A DNA stretch of 64,000 nt from Mobula hypostoma (lineage: Eukaryota): positions 868,001 through 932,000 of the forward strand of contig NC_086101.1 of the NCBI RefSeq assembly GCF_963921235.1. The letters are read 5' to 3'. The notes beneath the pieces are model-generated. The model was given only the letters and a program-made list of their open reading frames with translations, was not told the origin of the DNA and did no database searches. The translations under genes and the position numbers were made by a program. Below, in pieces: positions 27,497-39,600 of the stretch (positions are counted from its first letter, which is position 1; each line of letters begins with the position of its first letter).

Positions 27497-28712
27497 TAGA
27501 ACATAGATATTTACAGCACATTACAGGCCCTTTGGCCCATGTGGCCTCCTCTAGTAATTGTCTCGAATTTCCCTAGCGCATAGCCCTCTATTTTTTTCTA
27601 AGCTCCATGTACCATCTAAGAGGCTGGCGTGACCAGTGGGGTACCGCAAGGCTCAGTGCTGGGACCCCAGTTGTTTACAATATATATTAATGACTTGGAT
27701 GAGGGAATTAAATGCAGCATCTCCAAGTTTGTGGATGACACGAAGCTGGGCGGCAGTGTTAGCTGTGAGGAGGATGCTAAGAGGATGCAGGGTGACTTGG
27801 ATAGGTTGGGTGAGTGGGCAAACTCATGGCAGATGCAATTTAATGTGGATAAATGTGAAGTTATCCACTTTGGTGGCAAGAACAGGAAAACAGATCATTA
27901 TCTGAATGGTGGCCGATTAGGAAAAGGGGAGGTGCAACGAGACCTGGGTGTCATTGTACACCAGTCATTGAAAGTGGGCATGCAGGTTGAGCAGGCAATG
28001 AAAAAGGCGCATGGTATGCTGGCATTTATAGCAAGAAGATTCGAGTACAGGAGCAGGGAGGTACTACTGCAGTTGTACAAGGCCTTGGTGAGACCACACT
28101 TGGAGTATTGTGTGCAGTTCTGGACCTAATCGGAGGAAAGACTTTCTTGCCATAGAAGAAGTACAAAGAAGGTTCACTAGATTGATTCCTGGGATGGCAG
28201 GACTTTCATATCAACTAGGCTTGTACTCGTTGGAATTTAGAAGATTGAGGGGGGATCTTATTGAAACATATAAAATTCTAAAGGGATTGGACAGGGTAGA
28301 TGTAGGACGATTGTTCCCGATATTGGGGAAGTCCAGAACGAGGGGTCACAGTTTGAGGATAAAGGGGAAGCCTTTTAGGACCGAGATGAAAAACTTCTTC
28401 ACACAGAGTGGTGAATCTGTGGAATTCTCTGCCACAGGAAACAGTTGAGGCCAGTTCATTCCCTATATTTAAGAGGGAGTTAGATATGGCTCTTGTGGCT
28501 AAAGGGATCAAGGGGTATGGAGAGAAGGCAGGTACAGGGTTCTGAGTTGGATGATCAGCCATGATCATACTGAATGGTGGTGCAGGCTCAAAGGGCAGAA
28601 TGGCCTACTCCTGCACCTATTTTCTATGTTTCTATGCTCTTAAAAGACCCTATTGTATCTGCTTTCACCACCACCGCCTGCATTACATTCCACGCACCCA
28701 CCAATCTCTGCA
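27497..28712. mobile_element. CR1 3' tail (-) interrupted by a younger CR1 (+, about 27627-28636)
   Basis: ORF 27629-28129 reads GVPQGSVLGP...FVDD, with a (TTTCTATG)n tail. The host tail resumes at 28637. Confidence 0.88.
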
Positions 28713-31700
28713 TGGCAAAATTTATAGGGTTGAAATTTTACACCTGGCCCATAAGATGCCTTTAGGGGGACATTTTGGAGTAAAAAAGACAGTGCACAGG
28801 ATCAGGAGGAAGTTTTATTGGCCTAACGTGAGGACAGATATTGTCAATTACTGTAGAGGGTGTCATACATGTCAGGTGGTGGGAAAACCTAACCAGGCCA
28901 TTCCAAAAGCACCACTTCAGCCAATACCTGCTTTTGGTGAACCTTTTTCTAGGGTCATAGTGGATTGTGTAGGCCCATTGCCAAAGACTGCAGCTGGTCA
29001 TCAGTACTTGTTAACAATTATGTGTGCTGCATTTAGGTTCCTGGAAGCTGTGCCCCTCAGAAACATCCAGTCCAAGACTGTGGTAAAAGCACTCAGCAAG
29101 TTTTTCGCACTGGTAGGTTTACCTGAAGAAATTCAATCTGACCAAGGTAGCAACTTCACTTCAAAAATATTGCAGCAAGTAGTGTCTGAGCTGGGAGCTC
29201 AACAGATTGTGTCATCTGCCTACCACCCGGAGTCTCAAGGGGCTCTGGAGAGGTTTCATTCCACTTTAAAAACCATGATTAAAACATACTGCCATGAGAA
29301 TTACAAGGATTGGGATGAGGGGATACACTTACTACTTTTTGCTGTGAGGGACGCCATTCAAGAGTCCCTGGGGTTCAGCCCATTTGAGCTCATTTTCGGC
29401 CATAGGCCCAAAGGACCTTTGACCCTGCTCAGGGAGCAATGGTCTAACCCAGACGTGTGTGTCGGCGTGTTGGACTATGTTTTAAAATTCCAAGACGGTG
29501 CACAGGGGCAGTGCATGATGTCATTATAAATTCAACCCAGCCCATTAAACAGCATCCTTACAGAATGAACTTCGAGAAAAACAAAGTTGTTGAAAAAGAG
29601 ATTGGGTACATGCTAGCAATCAGTATTATTAGGCCATCTACCTCTGACTGGGCGTACCCCTGCGTCCTTGTGCCTAAACCGGACGGTAGCATGAGATTCT
29701 GTACTGACTACTGGAAAATTAATGCCATAACCAAGACGGATGCTTATCCTATCCCCAGAGTGGATGACTATGTTGATAAAGTGGGAAAGGCTAAGTACCT
29801 CACGAAGATTGATCTGTTGAAGGGATACTGGTGTGTTCCCTTGACTGACAGGGCAAGGGAAGAAATCTCAGCATTTGTGATACTGTCAAGACTGTATGAA
29901 TTCGATGTTTTATCCTTTGGGATGAAAAATGCACCAGGGACATTTCAAAGAATGATCAATTCGGTGATTAGAGGGTTAGAAAACACAGAGGCTTATATTG
30001 ATGACCTAGTGGTCTGGAGTGACTCATGGGAAGAAATATTGCAGTGGTAGAGAAACTGTTTGACAGACTTTCTAAGGCCAATCTTACAGTGAACCAGGCT
30101 AAAAGTGAATTTGGCCATGCCACAGTCACATATCTGGGTTATGTGGTGGGCCAAGGCCAACTGGCTCCTGTACAGGCCAAGGTTCAAGCTATTGCGGAGG
30201 TTCCTGTTCCAACTGGCAAGAAAGCTTTATAGGGATGGTTGGGTATTATAAAAAATTCTGTAAGAACTTTGCTGACATCGCTCTCCCCCTAACAAAGCTC
30301 CTAGGGAAAAGTGAAAGGTTTGCATAGAATGACCTTTGCCAGGAGGCATTTGAACGTTTGAAAACCATCCTGTGTTATAATCCTGTGCTCAAAGCACTGG
30401 ATTTCTCGAAACCATTCTGGATCGCCACAGACGCTAGTGATGAAGCTGCTGGGGCAGTACTGTTGCAGAAGGGTGCAGATGATATTGTACACGCAGTAGC
30501 TTATTTCTTGAAGAAATTTAATGCGAACCAGAAAAATTATTCAACCATTGAGAAGGAGTTATTGGCACTTATTCTGGCTTTACAACATTCTGAGGTTTAT
30601 ACTTGACCTGCTCAAAGACCTCTTGTGATTTACACAGATCACAATCCGCAGGTCTTTTTAAATAAAATGAAGGATAAAAATAGGAGGTTGTTAAATTGGA
30701 GTCTAATATTGCAGGAATTTGATTCGGTAATCAAACATGTAAAAGGTACTGACAATATTATAGCTGATTGCTTATCCCAATGTGAAGTTGGAAACTATAA
30801 CTTTTTTTTTGCTTTGTCATCTGATTTTTTCCCCCTGTATTGTTTCAAACTCTGTGATGTGCATTTTTAAAAAAATCATCTTTTGACAATTCTTTTTCCC
30901 TGAGGAAGGGGAGTGTGAAGGGATCCAGGAGTGCCCCTATTAACTGTTTGAAGAGAAACAGAGAGAGTCATTTATCATTGATGGCTTGTTTTGAAAAGAG
31001 AGAGAGACGAAGATTGACAGTTGAACTGTCACGGGAGGTAACTTTGGAGTTTTACTTTGGAGATAAAACTGAGCAGCTCAAAGGTTGCTATGGTGACCAA
31101 CAGGACATTATTGATGTTACTTCCAAGGACTTGTTGCCTGCTCGCATTCCTTTACAGACAAAGGAAGGAGGAACTCTTTGAATGACAGGTGATGCTCAGC
31201 CTGGTGAAATAAATAGGAGGTCGGATGATACAGACCTCAGACACATGATCTGGACACTGAGTGAGCATTGTTATGCCCGCAGAGAAAGTGGGTTTTGGAG
31301 GATCGATCAGGCTGATTGATCCAATTGTTCTGCCGGTGAAAATTCAAAGGCGGTGGGGGAGTTGTCCATGTGTCCAAGCCTGGCCTGGGTAGACAGCTCA
31401 ACCACACTGAAATACGGTCCTCTTTGTTGTTAAAGTCACAGTCGGTGACTTGTGAAGGATTTCGGAGGACGACAAGAAAATCGACGGCAACAGCTCACCT
31501 GAACACTCAGCTCACTCACTCTCTCTATCGCTATTCAACTAAATTCCACGAACTGAACTGAACTTTAGTCAACATCGTAAGACTGTATCTTTTTACCCCT
31601 AGACTTAAAGAAGCTTGGTTTTTCATACAGATTTTTCCCCACTTACTGATTTACGTATATATATATAATTCTTGCTAACCTGTTTGATTTATCTTCATTT

Positions 31701-31813
31701 AGTTTACTGTATTGCGTAGTTATTAATAAATATTAATAGTTTATAGCAATACTAGACTCCAAAGTAGTTTCTATTTCTGCTGGTTCTTTATTCCCATCAC
31801 AGGGTTCGTGACA
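28713..31813 (+). mobile_element. Gmr1-like Gypsy LTR retrotransposon (IN-RT-RH order), 5'-truncated, with PPT and 3' LTR at 30914-31813
   Basis: IN (H..GHFG..CHTC, DCVGPLP, SDQG, YHPESQGALE) precedes RT (KPDGSMRFCTDY, DLLKGYW, YIDD) and RH (TDAS, IEKELLA, YTDH). PPT GAGGAAGGGGAG at 30902-30913. LTR runs TG...GTGACA with AATAAA. Confidence 0.9.
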
Positions 31814-31990
31814 CCTTACTTTCCATTTTTCTATTTTCTGTTTATGATTTACAATTTCAATTTTTAATATTTACTAATTTTTAATATTTATATTCCAGGG
31901 AGCGGGAAGCGCAGAACCAAATATTGCTGTGATGATTTATGTTCTAGTATCAATTGTTTGGCGACAATAAAGTATAAAGTGTAGTATAAA
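31814..31990 (+). mobile_element. Rex1-type 3' UTR and tail inserted in the ZNF-B 3' end
   Basis: Reverse complement of the tails at 44452-44615 and 56125-56330; ends AATAAAGTATAAAGT. Confidence 0.85.
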
Positions 31991-32071
31991 GTTCAGATGA
32001 GCAAATGAATCCCTTCCCACAGTCTGAGCAGGTGAATGGCTGCATGCCAGTGTGAACTCGCTGGTGAGCCA

Positions 32072-34930
32072 TTAGGTAAGATGACTGAGTGAAACACCCT
32101 TCCCACAGTCTGAGCAGGTGAACGGCCTCTCTCCAGTGTGAACTCGCTGATGTACCTTCAGTTGAGATGAGCAAGTGAATCCCTTCCCACAGACCGAGCA
32201 CGTGAATGGCCTTTCCCCGGTGTGAACTCGCTGATGTACCTTCAGCTGAGATGAGGAAGCGAATCCCTTCCCACAGACTGAGCAGGTGAACGGCCGCTCC
32301 CCAGTGTGAACCGACTTGTGTGCTCGTAGGTTAGCTAACTGTGTGAATCCCTTCCCACAGACTGAGCAGGTGAACGGCCGCTCCCCAGTGTGAACCGACT
32401 TGTGTGCTCGTAGGTTAGCTAACTGTGTGAAGCCCTTTCCACAGTCTGAGCAGATGAACGGCCTCTCTCCTGTGTGAACTCGCTGATGTACCTTCAGTTG
32501 GGATGACTGAGTAAATCCCTTCCCACAGACTGAGCAGGTGAATGGCCTCTCCCCAGTGTGAACTCGCTGGTGTATCTGTAGATCAGATGATCGAGTGAAT
32601 CCCTTCCCACACACTGAGCAGGTGAATGGCTTCTCCCCAGTGTGAACTCGCCGATGTACCTTCAGTTGGGATGACTGCGTGAATCCCTTACCACAGTCTG
32701 AGCAGGTAAATGGCCTCTCCCTAGTGTGAACTCGCTGGTGTATCTGTAGATCAGATGATCGAGTGAATCCCTTCCCACAGACTGAGCAGGTAAACAGCCT
32801 CTCCCCAGTGTGAACTCGCTGATGTACCTTCAGTTGAGATGAGGAAGCGAATCCCTTCCCACACACTGGGCAAGTGAACGGCCACTCCCCAGTGTGAACT
32901 GACTGGTGTGCTCGTAGGTTAGCTAACTGTGTGAATCCCTTCCCACAGACTGAGCAGGTGAACGGCCGCTCCCCAGTGTGAACCGACTGGTGTGCTCGTA
33001 GGTTAGCTAACTGTGTGAATCCCTTCCCACAGACTGAGCAGGTGAACGGCCGCTCCCCAGTGTGAACTGACCGGTGTGCTCGTAGGTTGGCTAACTGTGT
33101 GAATCCCTTCCCACAGTCTGAGCAGGTGAAAGGCCGCTCTCCAGTGTGAACTCGCTGATGTACCTTCAGTTGGGATGACTGAGTGAATCCCTTCCCACAG
33201 TCTGAGCAGGTGAACGGCCTCTTCCCAGTGTGAACTCGCTGATGTACCTTCAGTTGAGATGAGGAAGCGAATCCCTTATCACAGACTGAACAGGTGAACG
33301 GCCTCCCTCCAGTGTGAACTGACTGGTGTGCTTGTAGGTTAGATAACTGTGTGAATCCCTTCCCACAATCTGAGCAGGTGAATGGCCGCTCTCCAGTGTG
33401 AACTGACTGGTGTGCTTGTAGGTTAGATAACTGTGTGAACCCCTTCCCACAGACTGAGCAGGTGAATGGCCGCTCCCCAGTGTGAACTGACTGGTGTGCT
33501 CGTAGGTTAGATAACTGTGTGAATCCCTTCCCACAGTCTGAGCAGTTGAATGGCCTCTCCCCAGTGTGAACTCGCTGATGCACTTTCAGTTGGGATGACT
33601 GAGTGAAGCCCTTCCCACAGACTGAGCAGGTGAACGGCCTCTCCCCAGTGTGCACTCGTTGATGTACCTTCAGTTGAGATGAGGAAGTGAATCCCTTCCC
33701 ACAGACTGAGCAGGTGAACGGCCGCTCCCCAGTGTGAACTGACTTGTGTGCTTGTAGGTTAGCTAACTGTGTGAATCCCTTCCCACAGTCTGAGCAGGTG
33801 AATGGCCTCTCTCCAGTGTGAACTCTCTGGTGTATCTGTAGGTCAGATGATCGAGTGAATCCCTTCCCACACACTGAGCAGGTGAATGGACACAGCCCAG
33901 TATGAACTGACCGGTGTGCTTGTAGGTTGGATGAGTGAGTGAATCCCTTCCCACAGTCTGAGCAGGTGAACGGCCTCTCTCCAGTGTGAACTCGCTGATG
34001 TACCTTCAGTTGGGATGACTGAGTGAATCCCTTCCCACAGTCTGAACAGGTAAACGGCCTCTCCCCAGTGTGAACTCGCTGATGTACCTTCAGTTGAGAT
34101 GAGGAAGCAAATCCCTTATCACAGACTGAGCATGTGAAAGGCCACTCCCCAGTGTGAACTGACTTGTGTGCTTGTAGGTTAGCTAACTGTGTGAATCCCT
34201 TCCCACAGTCTGAGCAGGTGAATGGCCTCTCTCCAGTGTGAACTCGCTGATGCACTTTCAGTTGGGATGACTGTGTGAATCCCTTCCCACAGACCGAGCA
34301 GGTGAACGGCCTCTCCCCAGTGTGAACTCGCTGATGTACCTTCAGTTGAGATGAGCAAGTGAATCCCTTCCCACAGACTGAGCAGGTGAACGGCCTCCCT
34401 CCAGTGGGAACTCGCTGATGTACCTTCAGTTGAGATGAGGAAGCGAATCCCTTCCCACAGACCGAGCACGTGAACGGCCGCTCCCCAGTGTGAACTGACT
34501 GGTGTGCTTGTAGGTTAGCTAACTGTGTGAATCTTTTCCCACAGACTGAGCAGGTGAACGGCCGCTCCCCAGTGTGAACTGACCGGTGTGCTCGTAGGTT
34601 GGCTAACTGTGTGAAGCCCTTCCCACAGTCTGAGCAGGTGAACGGCCGCTCCCCAGTGTGAACTCGCTGATGTACCTTCAGTTGGGATGACTGAGTGAAT
34701 CCCTTCCCACAGTCTGAGCAGGTGAATGGCCTCTCCCCAGTGTGAACTCGCTGATGTACCTTCAGTTGGGATGACCGAGTGAATCCCTTCCCACATTCTG
34801 AGCAGGTGAACGGCCACTCCCCAGCATGAACTGACTTGTGTACCAGTAGGTCGGATGACTGAGTGAATCCCTTCCCGCAGTCTGAGCAGGTGAACGGCCG
34901 CTCCCTGGTGTGAACTCGTTGGTGAGCCAT
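32072..34930 (-). CDS. ZNF-B: tandem C2H2 zinc-finger protein, 33 fingers (finger 6 has His>Pro), no effector domain seen
   Basis: 952-aa ORF of 28-aa repeats starting MAHQRVH. A 2-nt frameshift at about 32095 ends it, and out-of-frame fingers continue to 31991. Confidence 0.92.
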   Translation of the reverse strand: MAHQRVHTRERPFTCSDCGKGFTQSSDLLVHKSVHAGEWPFTCSECGKGFTRSSQLKVHQRVHTGERPFTCSDCGKGFTQSSQLKVHQRVHTGERPFTCSDCGKGFTQLANLRAHRSVHTGERPFTCSVCGKRFTQLANLQAHQSVHTGERPFTCSVCGKGFASSSQLKVHQRVPTGGRPFTCSVCGKGFTCSSQLKVHQRVHTGERPFTCSVCGKGFTQSSQLKVHQRVHTGERPFTCSDCGKGFTQLANLQAHKSVHTGEWPFTCSVCDKGFASSSQLKVHQRVHTGERPFTCSDCGKGFTQSSQLKVHQRVHTGERPFTCSDCGKGFTHSSNLQAHRSVHTGLCPFTCSVCGKGFTRSSDLQIHQRVHTGERPFTCSDCGKGFTQLANLQAHKSVHTGERPFTCSVCGKGFTSSSQLKVHQRVHTGERPFTCSVCGKGFTQSSQLKVHQRVHTGERPFNCSDCGKGFTQLSNLRAHQSVHTGERPFTCSVCGKGFTQLSNLQAHQSVHTGERPFTCSDCGKGFTQLSNLQAHQSVHTGGRPFTCSVCDKGFASSSQLKVHQRVHTGKRPFTCSDCGKGFTQSSQLKVHQRVHTGERPFTCSDCGKGFTQLANLRAHRSVHTGERPFTCSVCGKGFTQLANLRAHQSVHTGERPFTCSVCGKGFTQLANLRAHQSVHTGEWPFTCPVCGKGFASSSQLKVHQRVHTGERLFTCSVCGKGFTRSSDLQIHQRVHTRERPFTCSDCGKGFTQSSQLKVHRRVHTGEKPFTCSVCGKGFTRSSDLQIHQRVHTGERPFTCSVCGKGFTQSSQLKVHQRVHTGERPFICSDCGKGFTQLANLRAHKSVHTGERPFTCSVCGKGFTQLANLRAHKSVHTGERPFTCSVCGKGFASSSQLKVHQRVHTGERPFTCSVCGKGFTCSSQLKVHQRVHTGERPFTCSDCGKGVSLSHLT

Positions 34931-35259
34931 TACGTCAGATAACCAAATGAATCCTTCCCCACAAATTCAGCAGATGACCAGCCTCTGCCCAGAGTGAACT
35001 GACTGGTGTGTCCACAGGTGGGAAGACCAACTGAATCCCTTCTCACACATAGAACAGGTGAATGGCCAGAGTGAACTTGCTGATGTACCTTCAGTTTAGA
35101 TGACCGAGTGAATCCATTCCCACTGACTGAGCAGATGAACGGCCTTTCCCCTGTGTAAAATGACGGGCATGCCAGTTGGTCAGGTGAGCGAGTGAATCCC
35201 TCCCCAGAGTCTGAGCGGAAGGATGATCGAGTGAATCCCTTGCTCCACTTCTTAAATAT
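34931..35259 (-). other. Start of the ZNF-B final exon: degenerate fingers, probably 5' UTR
   Basis: Acceptor ttttgctgtctctatctAG|atattt (AG at 35261-35260). Homologous to 3894-4216. Confidence 0.6.
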
Positions 35260-37852
35260 CTAGATAGAGACAGCAAAACTGGCGTGTTGTGTTCGAGATT
35301 CCCGTAGACAAATTTCTTGTCGTTTTTAACCTGTAGAAAGATTTACAAAATCCATCAATGGGTGTAGGACAACATTGCAGATGAGATCACTTGAGTTGTC
35401 AAGGTGTGATTTGGCATCACACCGTTATAGTGAAGTTCAACCCAAGTTGGAGAGAGAAATCATCTTCTAACTGGGCACAGTGCTGGTATCTGGAATGACC
35501 ATCAAATTCTCTGATGCTCTTCCTGTCTCTATAAGAATGGGGCATTTCTGCCATCTCCAATCTGTGACCTGGCTCAGTTTGACTCTCTCTATTGGTATTA
35601 TTCCTTGTTCCCACTGAGCTGCATGAGTTCCTGGCCCAACAGTAACTGAAACACTCTCACACAAATAGTGCATTCTACACACCCACCACTCTTTGTGTAA
35701 AAAACTTACCCCTGACATCCCCACAGGATCTATTTCCAAGCACCCTAAAACTACTGTATGCCCCCTTGTATTAGCCATTTCAGCCCTGGAATAAAACCTC
35801 TGGCTATCCAAACGATCAATGCCTCTCATCATCTTACATGCTAAAAAAGGCTCCTAATATATACAAGGAAATTATAATTGCTTTGAGGATTTGTTAGAAG
35901 TATACAAAATTATGAGGGTACAGATAGGGTAAATGCAAGCAGCTTTTTCCAGAGGTTGGGTGGGATGACAACCAGAGGTCATGGATAAGTGGGGAAGGTG
36001 AAAATTTAACAGGAACATTTGGAAAAGCTCTTTACTGAAATGGTCGTGAGAGTGTGTAACGAAATACCAGCACGAGTGGTGAATGTGAGCTCGATTTCAG
36101 AATTAAGAGGAGTTTCATTGGTACCTGGATGGTAGGGGTATGGAGGGCGATGGTCCCGGTGCAGGCAGTTGCATTAGACAGCTTAAATGATTTTTAGGCA
36201 TTGACTAGATGGGCCAAATAGCCTGTGTCTGAACTGAACTTCTCCATACTTCTATGACAAAGAAGCTGGCCAAACTTGTTTGGAAGGGAAAAGGTAGGAG
36301 TGACAATGGAGCAGCAATAGCTGGAGTTTCTGGGGGCAATTCGGGAGCTGAGTGATCGATACATCCCAAAGAACTGGAAGCATTAGAAAGGCAGGAGGAC
36401 ACAACCCTGGTTGAAATGTGAAGCCAAAGCCAACATAAAAGCCAGAGAGGGCAAACAAAAGAGCAAAAACTATTGGGAAGCTTTTAGACACCAACAGAAG
36501 ACAACTAAAAAAAAGTCAGATGAACTCAGGGCTTGGAATTATGATATTGCAGTCATTAATGAGTCTTGGTAGCACCCAACAATCTGAGGTATTTAGAGGA
36601 ACAAAATATCTGGGGCCCCAATATCTCTTGAAAACCAAGGTACCAGGCAACAGTTACCTTTCAACTTTTATTTTGACAGGCACATACAAACCAGACACCC
36701 TCAAAATTTCACTTCTGAAGGACTCCCACTTACCAAGTACTCCTTAGCCAGAAAACAGCCTGTCCTAAACCACATTTGTCAGATCCTTTCTAATACCATC
36801 AAAATTGATCTTTTTCCAATTTAGAATCTAAACCCGTGGTTCAGACATCTCTTTTTGCATATTTATTTTGAATCTCATGGCATTATGATCACTAATTTCT
36901 GTCACCAGCCCTGGATCATTTCCTAACAGCTTACTGCACACTTCTACATCGAGAATTCTACATACTGATTAAGGACATATTTGACAAACTCTGCCTTTTA
37001 CAGTATGGGAGTCTAGTCCTTTTACAGCATGAGAGTCCCAGTCAATTTATGAAAAGTTAAAATCACTTACTAAATCAACCTTTGTTTCTTGGCATGGCCT
37101 GCGATCTCTCAACAAATTTGTTCCTCTAAATCCCTCAGACTGCTGGGTGCAAACAAGTCCCAGTTATGGCTACCATATCATAATTCCCTGTCCTGAGCTC
37201 ATCTGGCTTTCCTGCGATACTTCTTGCATTGTGATTTACACAGCTCAGCACATTCATCGCACCATGTTCAATCATTTGATCGCTGACTCTATCTGAGGTC
37301 TGAACAACATCTGACTGGTGTCAAGAAAACAAACTCTCCCTCGTTGTCACAAAAACGAAGGAGCTGATTGTGGACGACAGGAGGAATGGAGACAGGCTAA
37401 CCCCTATTGACATCAATGGATCTGGGGTTGAGAGGTGAACAGCTTTTAATTCCTTCGCATAAACATCACCAAGGATCTCACATGGTCTGTACATACCAGC
37501 TGTGTTGTGCAAAGAGCACAAAAGCACCTGTTTCACCTCAGACAGTTGAAGAACTTTGGGATGGGGCCCCAAATCCTAAGAACTTTCTACAGGAACACAA
37601 TTGAGAGCATCCTGACTGGCTGCATCACTGCCTGGTATGGGAACTGTACTTCCCTTAATCGCAGGACTCTGCAGAGAGTGGTGCAGACAGCCCAGCACAT
37701 TGCAGATGTGAACTTCTCACTATTCAGGACATTTACAGAGACAGGTGTGTAAAAGGGGCCCAAAGGATATTGGGGACCCAATCCACCACAACCACAAACT
37801 GTTCCTGCTGCTGCCATCCAGGAAACGGTACCACAGCAAAAGGACAAACAGG

Positions 37853-38806
37853 ATCCACCTCTACTTTTCGTGATTTTTATTAACGACCTGGATGTGGGGG
37901 TAGAAGGGTGGGTTGGCAAGTTTGCAGACGACACAAAGATTGGTGGTGTTGCAGATAGTGTGGAAGATTGTCAAAGATTGCAGAGAGACATTGATAGGAT
38001 GGAGGAGTGGGCTGAGAAGTGGCAGATGGAGTTCAACCCGGAGAAGTGTGAGGTGGTACACTTTGGAAGGACAAACTCCAAGGCAGAGTACAAAGTAAAT
38101 GGCAGGATACTTGGTAGCGTGGAGGAGCAGAAGGATCTCGGGGTACATGTCCACAGATCCCTGAAAGTTGCCTCACAGCTGGATAGGGTAGTTAAGAAAG
38201 CTTATGGGGTGTTAGCTTTCATAAGTCAAGGGATAGAGTTTAAGAGTCGCGATGTAATGATGCAGCTCTATAAAACTCTGGTTAGGCCACACTTGGGGTA
38301 CTGTGTCCAGTTCTGGTCACCTCACTATAGGAAGGATGTGGAAGCATTGGAAAGGGTACAGAGGAGATTTACCAGGATGCTGCCTGGTTTAGAAAGTATG
38401 CATTATGATCAGAGATTAAGGGAGCTAGGGCTTTACTCTTTGGAGAGAAGGAGGATGAGAGGAGACATGATAGAGGTGTAAAAGATAATAAGAGGAATAG
38501 ATAGAGTGGATAGCCAGCGCCTCTTCCCCAGGGCACCACTGCTCAATACAAGAGGACATGGCTTTAAGGTAAGGGGTGGGGAGTTCAAGGGGGATATTAG
38601 AGGAAGGTTTTTTTACTCAGAGGGTGGTTGGTGCATGGAATGCACTGCCTGAGTCAGTGATGGAGGCAGATACACTAGTGAAGTTTAAGAGACTACTATA
38701 CAGGTATATGGAGGAATTTAAGGTGGGGGCTTATATGGGAGGCAGGGTTTGAGGGTCGGCACAACGTTGTGGGCCGAAGGGCCTGTATTGTGCTGTACTA
38801 TTCTAT
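37853..38806 (+). mobile_element. Young CR1 3' fragment; occupies the place of block A 12150-12935
   Basis: ORF 37870-38481 (FADD...RGDMIEV). Near-identical to the CR1 at 1-1538. Confidence 0.93.
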
Positions 38807-39160
38807 GTGCACAGTGAATTTTATATAGAGAGTTATTCATTTTAACAACTAGCTAATCACCGTCGATAAGAACTTTGATCTCCTCTGGGTTCAATCAAGT
38901 TCATCTGCACTCTCACATAAACTATGTAGCAGGCCTGTAACGGGTAATGAAGGATTTTCTCATCAGAGCTTTTGCGCATTGTCCATATGTGGTTTGCTTG
39001 CTAAATTATGCTTTAAAAAGTCAAATTTCCAAATATCACTCCACTTCTTCCCATTTGTAAATTCTCCAGCAACTGTTGCATTGCCACAATACCAGTAACA
39101 CTAGTTTCTATAATGGACATAAATATTTCCCCTGAACCCTCCTGAGAAATTGAGGATATA

Positions 39161-39600
39161 CATCGGCAAGTTGATGGTGCCTGAAGGTTTATGGCAGGGA
39201 GTTTCTCCCTTTTGTCACCTGCTATCGGGAACTTGGGAGTCGATCGGGACTTGAGACTTTTTTTTTACCGTGCCCATGGTCTGTTCTTTATCAAATTATG
39301 GTGTTGTTTTGCACTGCTGTAACTATATGTTATAATTATGTGGTTCTGTCAGTGTTAGTCTTTGGTTTGTTCTGTTTTCTGTGATATCACTCTGGTTCTG
39401 TGATATCACTCTGGAGGAACATTGTATCATTTCCTAATGCATGTATGTATTTCTAAATGACAATAAAAGAGGACTGAGTGTTCTCATAATCTAAAAAAAT
39501 TGAAACTAGATGGGAGCATAGTTTAACTCATGGTGGAGTGGGAGAGCAGACTCGATGGGCCAAATGGCCTACTTCTGCTCCATTGTCTTGTGATCTTGTG
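39161..39600 (+). mobile_element. Two LINE 3'-end fragments inserted at the start of the ERV-B 5' LTR
   Basis: Absent from copy A near 13697. One AATAAA-bearing tail ends at about 39495, and a CR1-type tail (GATCTTGT repeats) ends at about 39600. Confidence 0.6.

Noticed and set aside
28561..29529. Standalone or domesticated integrase gene (322 aa)
   Set aside because: The N-terminus is read from CR1 tails, and the rest belongs to the frameshifted Gmr1-like pol.
32072..34930. PRDM9 itself
   Set aside because: No KRAB, SSXRD or PR/SET exon was recognised upstream, and the gene is one of several tandem paralogues.
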